Under the pieces are notes generated by a model, which worked only from the letters and a program-made list of their open reading frames with translations, was not told the DNA's origin and did not search any database. DNA of 64,000 nucleotides, from positions 1 to 64,000 of IMG/VR virus record IMGVR_UViG_3300050821_003950; one strand, written 5' to 3'. Each line of letters starts with the position of its first letter. Position 1 is the first letter of the stretch. The position numbers and the translations under genes are program-made. Source of the DNA: a virus. This document shows, in pieces, positions 46,060-54,790 of the stretch.

Positions 46060-49000
46060 GCTGTACGACGAGGGCGTCGTCGCGATCGACTACATCTTGA
46101 AGGACGCGCTTCACTACGAGGTCAGGAAGGCGCTCGACCCGCTGAACGCGCACCACTTCGAGATCCTGACGAAGTCGATCGCGCAGTCACTCAAGGGCCA
46201 CGTGATCCCCGTCGAGGACGGCGCGCTCAAGAAGGCGATGAACGTGCTCGATGCGAAGTGGACCGAGATGACGCCCGCGGCGCGCGGCAAGCTGCTCGGC
46301 GTCGCGTCGAGCTACCTCGGCGCTCCGGTCGCGCACGCGGTCATGCCGAAGATCGAACAGACGCTCAAGTTCGCCGGGAAGGATCTCGTCGAGGACACGA
46401 AGAAGAGTTCGATCCACACCTACGATCTCAAGATTTCGCCGAGCCTGACCGCGCACGACGATCTCACGTTGTCGAGCCTGATCACCTCGAACGGCAACTA
46501 CATCCGAGATCAGTACGGCAAGCGCTCCGAAGCGTTCAGCTTGAAGGCGAAGGGCGTCGTCGCGAACGGGATCTCGAAGGGGCTCGGTTCGTCCGACATC
46601 ACCGAGGATCTCGTCAAAGAGCTGGGCGACGCGCAGCGCGGGCGCGGCTATTGGGACATGATCGCGATGGTGTTCGCGAACCGCGCGCGGACGACGACGC
46701 AACTGCTCTCGTATCATGAGGCGGGGATCACCTCGTACCTATGGGAGAGCGTGCTCGACGAGGCGACGAGCGATCAGTGTCGCTTCATGCACGGCCGTCG
46801 GTTCAGCATGAAGAAGGCGGTCGCCTCGATCGACAAGGTCGACGCGCTCAAGAACCCGGAAGAGATCGAACAGATTCAACCGTTCCTCTCGGTCGGCAAC
46901 CATCCTGACGGCGGTAAGGGCATCTACTACGACCGCGGCAACGGCGGCGGGCGCGCGTTCGTGACGCAGATCACGAGCAGCGCCGTCGGCTTCAAAGACG
47001 ACACCGGAAGCTACTCGCACATGGGGACGGACGAGTCGCTCGAAGATCAAGGGCTGCACATGCCGCCGATCCACGGACGGTGCCGTTCGACGGTCATCCC
47101 GACCGAGAGCGCGACGTCGCCGGGCGGCGCTCCCCCCGAGCCCGTCGAGGAGCCCGCGGCGCCCCCGCCCCCGCCGAAACTCTCGGGCGGTGCGAAGAAA
47201 GCGGCAGCTCTCGCGCAGCTCGCCGACGTGAATCAAGGCGGCGAGGTCGACTCGTCGAAGTTCTTCGCGAATCACTCCGACGAGATCGACTACCTCGATC
47301 ACCCGATCTTCTCGGTCAATAGCAAGGCGAATTGGGAAGCGAACAAGGTCTCGAAGAAGCCGAACATCGACGACCTCACCTCGACGACGCCGAGCTTCGA
47401 CGCCGACAAGGTCGAGACGTACATCAAAAAGCCGACCGCGCTCGACAAGGCGAAGAAGCCGCAGGTCGTCAAATTCAAGGGGCAGTTCTTGATCCTGTCC
47501 GGGCACGAGCAGATCGCCGCGCAAAAGCTGATGGGGCAGAAGAAGGCTTACGTCGACTTCGTCGACCTCGACAAGCCGACGAAGTCGGGGCTCGTCGTCT
47601 CGCCCGTGGAGCCCGAGCCCCCCGAGACTTCGCTCGCGCACGTCATCACGCCCGTCGAGCCCGAGCCCCCCGCTCCTCCCCCGCCGCTCGCGCCCGCGCT
47701 CGTGCACACGAACCCGAGGGCAGCGGACCCCGAGTACCTGCGCGCCGAGGGCGTGAACATCTTGGGAGAGAAGACCGGCGACGCACGCGGCTCGAACAAG
47801 GGCGGCTTCTACACCGGCAAGGACGGCGTCGCGCGCTACGTGAAGTTCTACGAGGACCACTCGCAGGCGTGGAGCGAGCATCTCGCGAACTCGATCTATG
47901 CCGACCTCGGCCACGCGGCGCCCGAGTCGACGGTGTTCGAGCACGACGGAAAGATCGGCTACGCGTCCGAGATCGTCGCGGGCAAGACGTTGAAGGAAGC
48001 GATGAAGGGGACCGCTGCCGAAACGGTGAAGTACGCGAAAAAGATCATGAGCGGGTTCGCCGCGGACGTCCTCGTCGGAAATTGGGACGTCGTCGGGCTC
48101 GACTACGACAACGTCATGGTGACGAACGCGGGGCAAGTGCTGCGCATCGACAACGGCGGATCGTTCCTCATGCGCGCGAAGGCGGGACGAAAGCCCCCGG
48201 GCGTGCTGAACGACATCACCGAGTGGGACAAGTTCATCGACGCCGGGGTGAACCCTTCCTACTCGACGGTCGCCGGGTTCGCGGGCGTGCACGCCGCGGG
48301 CGAGTTCACCGACGAGATGAAGAAGCAAGTCATCGCCGAGATCGGGAAGATCATGGCGCTGCGCGACGCGCACGGCGGGTGGAAAGGCTACGTCGAGAAC
48401 GTGGCTCCCGGGATCCCGTGGGCCGACAAGAACCTGATCGTCACCATGCTCGAATCGCGAACGAACCGACTTGAGATCAAGGCCGAGGAGTTGAAGCGGC
48501 CCGCGCCGGCCGATCGCGAGCAACCGATCATCGGTCATCTTCCCGTCAAGAAACTTCCGCCCGGTCGGATGCCGATGCCGCTCCCCGAAGGGCACACGGA
48601 CAGTTACAAATGGGACGAGATCGCGCGCTCGCGTTTTCGCGGTGCCCCCGGTCAGGACGGCGTCACGGTGTTCACCGGGAACACCTACGGGATGATCCGA
48701 GCCCACGAGCAAGGGCACGAGAAGTTCGAGGGGTCGTCGATCACTAGCTCAGCGAAGAAGGCGGCGAGCGACATCGAGAAATTCTTCAAGGCTGCGAAGC
48801 CGTCGCCGGGCACCACGGTCTACCGCGGGATCCATAACAAGAAGCTCTACGAGAACGGCCGCGAGATCGAGACGCTCTCGAACGAGAAGATGCAGGCGCT
48901 CCTCGATCGAGAGTTCGTCGAGATGTCGGCGACGTCGTCGACGTCGTGGTCGCCGTCGACCGCGTTCAGCTTCGGGAACATCGACGAGTCGTCGGGCGGC

Positions 49001-49264
49001 TACGATAGCAAGATGAACCGCGTCCTCTTCGTCATGAAGCAAAAGTCGGGCGTGTGCGTGAAGCCGATCTCGCGGTCGGACAGCGAGAATGAGTTCCTTC
49101 TCAAGCAGGGGACGACGTTCAAGATCACCGATCGCTATCGGATCCCGAATCAGAAAAACGTGCTCGTGATCGAGTGCGAGGAAGTGCCCAAGAAACAGCC
49201 CGAGCCGAAGACGTGGAAGCGGTATGACGCCACTGGCACACGAGGCGAAGAAGGGTTACAATAG
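46052..49264 (+). CDS. MuF (SPP1 gp7-like) minor head protein fused to ParB-like, kinase-like and ADP-ribosyltransferase domains
   Basis: MuF: W.SVLDE.TS..C..MHGR, PPIHGRCRS; kinase-like: GSN.GG.Y, YVK, E.LA..IY, NWD, N, RIDNGG; ART: VYRG, STS, ENEFLL. Confidence 0.85.
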   Translation: MFELYDEGVVAIDYILKDALHYEVRKALDPLNAHHFEILTKSIAQSLKGHVIPVEDGALKKAMNVLDAKWTEMTPAARGKLLGVASSYLGAPVAHAVMPKIEQTLKFAGKDLVEDTKKSSIHTYDLKISPSLTAHDDLTLSSLITSNGNYIRDQYGKRSEAFSLKAKGVVANGISKGLGSSDITEDLVKELGDAQRGRGYWDMIAMVFANRARTTTQLLSYHEAGITSYLWESVLDEATSDQCRFMHGRRFSMKKAVASIDKVDALKNPEEIEQIQPFLSVGNHPDGGKGIYYDRGNGGGRAFVTQITSSAVGFKDDTGSYSHMGTDESLEDQGLHMPPIHGRCRSTVIPTESATSPGGAPPEPVEEPAAPPPPPKLSGGAKKAAALAQLADVNQGGEVDSSKFFANHSDEIDYLDHPIFSVNSKANWEANKVSKKPNIDDLTSTTPSFDADKVETYIKKPTALDKAKKPQVVKFKGQFLILSGHEQIAAQKLMGQKKAYVDFVDLDKPTKSGLVVSPVEPEPPETSLAHVITPVEPEPPAPPPPLAPALVHTNPRAADPEYLRAEGVNILGEKTGDARGSNKGGFYTGKDGVARYVKFYEDHSQAWSEHLANSIYADLGHAAPESTVFEHDGKIGYASEIVAGKTLKEAMKGTAAETVKYAKKIMSGFAADVLVGNWDVVGLDYDNVMVTNAGQVLRIDNGGSFLMRAKAGRKPPGVLNDITEWDKFIDAGVNPSYSTVAGFAGVHAAGEFTDEMKKQVIAEIGKIMALRDAHGGWKGYVENVAPGIPWADKNLIVTMLESRTNRLEIKAEELKRPAPADREQPIIGHLPVKKLPPGRMPMPLPEGHTDSYKWDEIARSRFRGAPGQDGVTVFTGNTYGMIRAHEQGHEKFEGSSITSSAKKAASDIEKFFKAAKPSPGTTVYRGIHNKKLYENGREIETLSNEKMQALLDREFVEMSATSSTSWSPSTAFSFGNIDESSGGYDSKMNRVLFVMKQKSGVCVKPISRSDSENEFLLKQGTTFKITDRYRIPNQKNVLVIECEEVPKKQPEPKTWKRYDATGTRGEEGLQ

Positions 49265-49268
49265 AGAC

Positions 49269-49487
49269 ATGACCACTAGGAGCGACGAGACGGCCGACGG
49301 CTACAAGCTCCCGAGGTACGGCAAGCTTCGCGGGAAGCGTGTGCTCCTCAAGGACGCGCCTGACCGGCTCTCGGCGAGCGATCTCGGCGAGGTGACGGCG
49401 ATGGTCGACGGGAAGAGGATCCGACCTTGGCGTTTCTCGTCTGACGGCTCCGAGGTCAAGGTTCTCGACGACCGGGTCCTGATCTGA
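49269..49487 (+). CDS. small protein downstream of MuF-toxin (immunity candidate)
   Basis: Position only. Confidence 0.4.
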   Translation: MTTRSDETADGYKLPRYGKLRGKRVLLKDAPDRLSASDLGEVTAMVDGKRIRPWRFSSDGSEVKVLDDRVLI

Positions 49488-49544
49488 AAGTAAAGCGGTA
49501 GCTCGGGCTGTTCAATCGCCCGGGAGCGGGATAGGCTCCCCTGC

Positions 49545-49868
49545 ATGGCGTCGGTCGTCACGTCCACACCGGGCACGTTCGCGAAGCTCGTCGAAGAGGG
49601 ACAGGTCGGTCGCGTCACGCTCGCGATCGAGGACGCGATCTCGAAGTCGTTCGAGACCCACCCGATGCGTCAGGGCGTCACGGGGATCACGTCCTCCGAG
49701 GTGAAGCGCCGGTTCGATCTATGCGCCTCGGTCTTCGTCGCGCTCCGCGGGGACATGAAGTGGAGCGTCGCGCGCGCGTGCGACCATCTCGCGCTCTACT
49801 TGAAGGACGAGCTTGACGGCGTCGACTGGAAACCGAACGTCCGCAAGTGTTGGATGCCGGGGGACTGA
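49545..49868 (+). CDS. hypothetical protein
   Basis: Follows late-promoter-like motif. Confidence 0.55.
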   Translation: MASVVTSTPGTFAKLVEEGQVGRVTLAIEDAISKSFETHPMRQGVTGITSSEVKRRFDLCASVFVALRGDMKWSVARACDHLALYLKDELDGVDWKPNVRKCWMPGD

Positions 49869-49871
49869 GCG

Positions 49872-50957
49872 ATGGCCGAATGGTCGACCGCCTACGTGAA
49901 CAACCTCCCCGACTCGTCGTTTCTCTTCATCGAGGGCGGCGGCGAGAAGGACGAAGAGGGCAAGACGAAGCCGCGCTCGCTTCGGCATCTCCCGTGGAAG
50001 GACGCCGACGGTAAGGTCGACGACGCGCACGCGCACAACGCGCTTTCGAGAATCCCGCAGACGGACGGGCTCTCGGCTGATAGAAAGTCATCGCTACAGG
50101 ACAAGGTTCGTCGAGCCCTCGGCATCGACACGGAGAAAGACATGAGCACGATCAAGGACACGCTGGCGAAGATCGAGACGCTTCTCGGTGCGACCGTGGG
50201 GCTGACGAAGTCGGTCGAGTTCACGCCGGCCGAGTTCGTCGTGTACGCGCACGAGCAGATCGCGAAGGCCGCGACCGAGAAGGGCGAGCAGTCGACCAAG
50301 CGACTGAAGGCGCTCTACAACGCGGTCGTCGTGTTCAAGGACAACTACGTCGACGGCGAGAGCGAGAGCGTGAAGGTTCCGATCACGTGGCCCGACACGA
50401 CCGCGATGGACGAGAAGTCGAATCAGCTCACCGATCCCGCGAAGTCGGTCACGCAACCGAAACAGACCGCGTTCGCGACTGGTTTCGTCGCGAAGGTCGA
50501 CGCGCTCAAGAGTGCGATCGAAGAGCTGAAGGCGGCGGCGGTCGACGAGCCCGAGGACGAAGAGACCAAGGCCAAGAAGGCGGCCGAGGAAGAGGAAGAC
50601 AAGAAGGCGCAGAAGGCGCTCGAAGACGCGGGGCTGACCGAGGCGGCGAAGCGCCTCTTCGCGAAGGCGAAGGGAAAGAAGGAGTGGGGCAGCGACGCCG
50701 CGGGGGCGAGTGCTCCCGAAGCCGCGGGTCCCGCCGCGCCGAAACCGCCGAAGAAGCCGACGCCCCCGGGCGAGTCGCCCGAGGCGACCGATACGAAGGC
50801 GAAGAAGGGCGACGAGGTCGTCACGAAGGGCATCGACGTCGCGCCGGACGGCACCGTGTGGCCGGGCGACTTGAACACGCCCGAGTTCGTGAAGGACGGC
50901 ACGGTCCCCACGGCGAAATCGTTGGAGTGGGGTAGCGACACGCCGGCCGGCAAGTGA
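49872..50957 (+). CDS. head-associated protein (N-terminal NxLPDSxF...RHLP domain + scaffold-like region)
   Basis: AYVNNLPDSSF...RHLP..D..G..D..H..NALSR; acidic/Lys-rich segment shared with 54791 protein. Confidence 0.6.
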   Translation: MAEWSTAYVNNLPDSSFLFIEGGGEKDEEGKTKPRSLRHLPWKDADGKVDDAHAHNALSRIPQTDGLSADRKSSLQDKVRRALGIDTEKDMSTIKDTLAKIETLLGATVGLTKSVEFTPAEFVVYAHEQIAKAATEKGEQSTKRLKALYNAVVVFKDNYVDGESESVKVPITWPDTTAMDEKSNQLTDPAKSVTQPKQTAFATGFVAKVDALKSAIEELKAAAVDEPEDEETKAKKAAEEEEDKKAQKALEDAGLTEAAKRLFAKAKGKKEWGSDAAGASAPEAAGPAAPKPPKKPTPPGESPEATDTKAKKGDEVVTKGIDVAPDGTVWPGDLNTPEFVKDGTVPTAKSLEWGSDTPAGK

Positions 50958-50969
50958 TCGGGGGTCTTC

Positions 50970-53900
50970 ATGAAGGCCGACGACACGGCGACCCCGCGAC
51001 GCCGCGGCGAGTCGGATCCTGAAGAGAGGATCGTCTCGCGCGAGAAGGACGAAGTCGGCGTCGAGAAAGTTCAGCCCGTCGGGATCTTCGGATACTCGGC
51101 GGGCAAGAGCTTGATCGCGAAGCGACTGGTCAAGCTCTTTCCCGCGCACGACACCTACGTCGAGCCGTTCGCGGGCTCGGCGGCGCTCTTCTTCGCGAAG
51201 ACCGAGGCGCCCGTCGAGGTGCTGAACGATCAAGATGCCGACGTGATGTTCGCCTACAAGGCGATCCAGAAACTCTCGAAGGACGAGCTAGCGAAGTTCG
51301 CGTCGAAGGATTGGGGCGGCTCGCCCGAGCTGTTCAAGAAGCTCCAAGGAAGCGCACCGACCGACAAGCTCGATCGGCTGCACAAGTTCCTCTACGTGAT
51401 GCACTTCACGTTCGGGAAGAGGAAGAACGGGCTCTTTCGATCCGACGGCGTCGGACGCGTGTGCAAGGCGCCTGCGCGCGTCGCGAACCTGCAAGCTCGT
51501 CTGAAGCACGCGAAGATTTTGTGCGGCGACTACGAGAAGGCGATCAAGGGCTACGACAGCAAGAGCGCCTTCCACTTCCTCGATCCTCCCTACGCGGGCT
51601 CGCATGCGTGGGGCGAGATCGGCGAGAAGGGATTCGACGAGGCGCGCTTCCGTAAGGTGCTCGAAGGGATCAAGGGACGGTTCCTTCTCACCTACGGCAC
51701 GACGGGCAAGCTCGACACGTCGGGGTTCGAGGTCAAGAGGATGCGCCAAGTTCGCAACGTGCGCCGCGGGCTCGGCGACACGAACGGCAAGGCGAACCTG
51801 ACGCACTTGATCGTCTCGAACTTCAAGGTCGCCGCGAAGTCGCTCGGCTCGGACGTCGAGCTGGACGACGTGATGCAGATCGTCGACGTCGGCCCCGAGG
51901 GCGAGCACGTGATGATGACGGGATCGCAGACGACCGTGAGTGTCCCCGAGCAGCTCGCGCCTGCGCGCAAGTGGGAGCACGAGAACGACTTGCTCGCGTA
52001 TCCCGCCGAGGTCGGCGCCGTGAAGAGCGACATCCGGCTTCGCTTCCTCGACAAGCGCGTCGAGATGGACTTCGTCGTCCCGATGAACGACACCACGATC
52101 GGGTGGACGCTCGACGTGCAGCGCGCCGAGTTGAACCAACCGCCCGAGCTGGTCATCAAGAATTTCTCGTTCGAGGGGTCGCGGTTCTTTTGGCCGCTGA
52201 CGAAGGGCGTGATCGCCTTCGAGACGCCGAGCGAATCGATCGCGACCGACGTTGCGAAGTTCGACGAGCCGCTCGTCGAGTTCGGACTTCAGACCGAGAC
52301 GAGCCACGAGTATTTCATCTCGAAGAGCGGCGAGTGCGCGGGACAGCTCACGCTCGGGCGCGACGCGGATCGGTTTCCTCCGCTCTTCGATACGCACCCT
52401 TGGCTCGCGACGTACATCGACACAAAATTCATCCCGAACGCCGTCCTCAAGGGCGCGCCGATGCCACCTGACGGCGTGAGCGCGCTTCCTCTCGTTCTCG
52501 AAAAAGCGATCCCGGTCGAGTTCCGATATTGGGAGAGGAAGGGCGACGAGGCGCGCGAGTGCCGCGATGCGCTCATCGCGTCCGGGTTCTTCGAGTCAAC
52601 GATGATGGCCCCGGTCGACGGCGAGCTTGCCCCGGTCGTCGAGAGCTTCAAGCTGTTCGAGCCCGTCGAGACTGCCGAGCCCGTGAGTGAGTGGCCGCTC
52701 TACAAGGCCGCGTCGCTCCTCCGCGACGGCGAGTCGCTCGTCGAGGTGTTCTCGCCCGGCCCCGATGCGATCGCGAAAGCGGCGGGCTCGGGCCGAGTCG
52801 TCTACATCGACGCGGGCGACGTGAACGACGGCGCGCTCGGTGTGCTCGCGAAGTCTCTCGGCACGTCGGCCGACGAGTACATCGTTACGTCCGTCGCGAG
52901 CAGCGAGGCGCACGCCGCGCTCGCGAAGCTCGGCCGCGTGTTCCAATTTCGTCCGGGCGAAGGAGTCGGCGCCGATGCCGTCAAACGTCTTTTCGTCGCA
53001 AGTTTCGGTGTTCGCGGGGACGATATTCTCTGGCTCGACAAGGGGGACGTCCCGAGTCCGACCTACCCTAACGATCCGCGTAAGCCGAAGCTTCGCGAAT
53101 ACACGACCCCGAGCGATGACTCTCCCGACCTTGGAAAAGCTGACGGGAAACATCCTGGCGCACCGGCAGACGATGACACCGTCCGAAGTGTCGTGCATCT
53201 CGCGGACACGATCGGCGACAATCTTGCGCACGCGCGCGCGCACGTGGAGTCCGTCGTCACGTGCAAGGATCTAGACGCGGCACATTGGAACGGCTCGCAC
53301 GCGGCGAAACATCTCGGCGAAGCGGCCGATCACGCGAAGCGGCTCGGCGAGCATATCAACAAACACCCCGAGATGGCCGCGGAGTGGCGGCGGCTCGGCT
53401 CGCTCGATCCGTATCCGCTCCCGTCGACGGCGAAGTTCGCGCTCGCCTCGAAGGCGGCGAAAGAGAAGACGCCGCGCGGCATGCTCGAAGGCTTCGGCCC
53501 GCCGAACGAGTGGAGCGGCTACATCGGCATGGCTCTCGGTCCCGAGCGACGCAAGACGCTCCGCGAGACGTGGGACGCGCTCACGGCCGAAGAGAAGGCG
53601 AAGGTGCAAGCCGCGTTTCAGGCGAGCTTCGAGAAAGCCGAGTTCAACAACCCCGACCCGGGCGGCCCCGGCGATCGCAAGCAACCGCGCGAGCTGGACA
53701 AGGGCACGGGCGACGCGACGTTTCAGACGGGCGAAGCGGGACGGTTGCAGCCCGCGGTTCAATTCGATGTCGCCGGCAACCCGAAGGTGCGCGAGCGCGA
53801 CCACGAGCGCTCACTGAAGATCGTCAAGGCTGACGACTCGGAAGAACACTACGTGCTCGGCATCGTGCTCGAACCCGACGTCGTCGACGCTCAGAAGGAC

Positions 53901-54638
53901 ATCTACTCGTCGACCGAGGTTCGCGACGCGTGCCACAAGTACATGAGCGAGTTTCAGAACAGCGGACTCATGCACAAGGAGATCGTGAACGGGAAGGTCG
54001 TGCTCCTAGAGTGCTATCTCGCACCGTGCGATTTCAGCGTCGGCGATCAGCACGTGAAAAAGGGGACGTGGATGCAAGCGGTCCGCGTGAAGGACGCGAA
54101 GCTTTGGGACGACGTGAAGAAGGGCGCGCTCACCGGCTTCTCGATCGGCGGCAGCGCGAACCGTCAGCCCGACCCGAAGGCGAACCGGAAGTATCTCGCG
54201 CGTAAAGAGAGCGCCGAGAAGAAGATCGCGTTCCAAGGGATCCCGATCCACGTCGACCGCCCGAAGGGCAGTGTTCAGATGGGCGTTGACGCGAAGGGCA
54301 ACGAGTGGAAGCGCGAGTACAAAACCGACTACGGGTTCATCCCTCGCACGAAGGGCGGCGACGGTGAGGGGCTCGACGTCTTCGTCGGCCCGAACAACAA
54401 TTCGCCGTTCGCCTATTGGGTGACGCAGCACAACGACGAGGGCGAGTTCGACGAGTACAAGCTGTTCCTCGGCTACGATTCGCAGGCGGAAGCGAAGAAG
54501 GCTTACGAGGATCACATTCCGAAGAAATACTTCGGCGGCATGCGCGAGGGGACGATCCATCAGATCAAAGCGCTCTTGAACCAAGAGCCGAAAGAGCCGC
54601 TCTCGAAGGCCGTCCGGCTCATGCTCGACGCCGGCTGA
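50970..54638 (+). CDS. fusion: Dam-like (D12) DNA adenine methyltransferase + XkdF-like prohead protease + inorganic pyrophosphatase-like domain
   Basis: MTase: GY.AGK, YVEPFAGSAA, LND, FLDPPY; XkdF: VLG.VLEPD..D...D, MH, GTW, W..VK.G.LTGFSIGG; PPase-like: PKGS, DYGFI..T...DG..LDVFVG, FDEYK..LG. Confidence 0.85.
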   Translation: MKADDTATPRRRGESDPEERIVSREKDEVGVEKVQPVGIFGYSAGKSLIAKRLVKLFPAHDTYVEPFAGSAALFFAKTEAPVEVLNDQDADVMFAYKAIQKLSKDELAKFASKDWGGSPELFKKLQGSAPTDKLDRLHKFLYVMHFTFGKRKNGLFRSDGVGRVCKAPARVANLQARLKHAKILCGDYEKAIKGYDSKSAFHFLDPPYAGSHAWGEIGEKGFDEARFRKVLEGIKGRFLLTYGTTGKLDTSGFEVKRMRQVRNVRRGLGDTNGKANLTHLIVSNFKVAAKSLGSDVELDDVMQIVDVGPEGEHVMMTGSQTTVSVPEQLAPARKWEHENDLLAYPAEVGAVKSDIRLRFLDKRVEMDFVVPMNDTTIGWTLDVQRAELNQPPELVIKNFSFEGSRFFWPLTKGVIAFETPSESIATDVAKFDEPLVEFGLQTETSHEYFISKSGECAGQLTLGRDADRFPPLFDTHPWLATYIDTKFIPNAVLKGAPMPPDGVSALPLVLEKAIPVEFRYWERKGDEARECRDALIASGFFESTMMAPVDGELAPVVESFKLFEPVETAEPVSEWPLYKAASLLRDGESLVEVFSPGPDAIAKAAGSGRVVYIDAGDVNDGALGVLAKSLGTSADEYIVTSVASSEAHAALAKLGRVFQFRPGEGVGADAVKRLFVASFGVRGDDILWLDKGDVPSPTYPNDPRKPKLREYTTPSDDSPDLGKADGKHPGAPADDDTVRSVVHLADTIGDNLAHARAHVESVVTCKDLDAAHWNGSHAAKHLGEAADHAKRLGEHINKHPEMAAEWRRLGSLDPYPLPSTAKFALASKAAKEKTPRGMLEGFGPPNEWSGYIGMALGPERRKTLRETWDALTAEEKAKVQAAFQASFEKAEFNNPDPGGPGDRKQPRELDKGTGDATFQTGEAGRLQPAVQFDVAGNPKVRERDHERSLKIVKADDSEEHYVLGIVLEPDVVDAQKDIYSSTEVRDACHKYMSEFQNSGLMHKEIVNGKVVLLECYLAPCDFSVGDQHVKKGTWMQAVRVKDAKLWDDVKKGALTGFSIGGSANRQPDPKANRKYLARKESAEKKIAFQGIPIHVDRPKGSVQMGVDAKGNEWKREYKTDYGFIPRTKGGDGEGLDVFVGPNNNSPFAYWVTQHNDEGEFDEYKLFLGYDSQAEAKKAYEDHIPKKYFGGMREGTIHQIKALLNQEPKEPLSKAVRLMLDAG

Positions 54639-54648
54639 AATTCGAGGA

Positions 54649-54678
54649 TTGACACGGCGCGTCCGCGCCTGTCAGAAT
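54649..54678 (+). promoter_or_regulatory. sigma70-like promoter of scaffold/capsid operon
   Basis: TTGACA-18 nt-CAGAAT. Confidence 0.55.
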
Positions 54679-54790
54679 TGCGCACGTAGGCCGACCTTCG
54701 GGTCGCCGGGTTGCTGAGAGTTCTCATGCCCGGGACGGAAACGCAGCACGCGTTTCGGTTCCGGGCATTTTGCATTTGAGGTCGCGAAAC

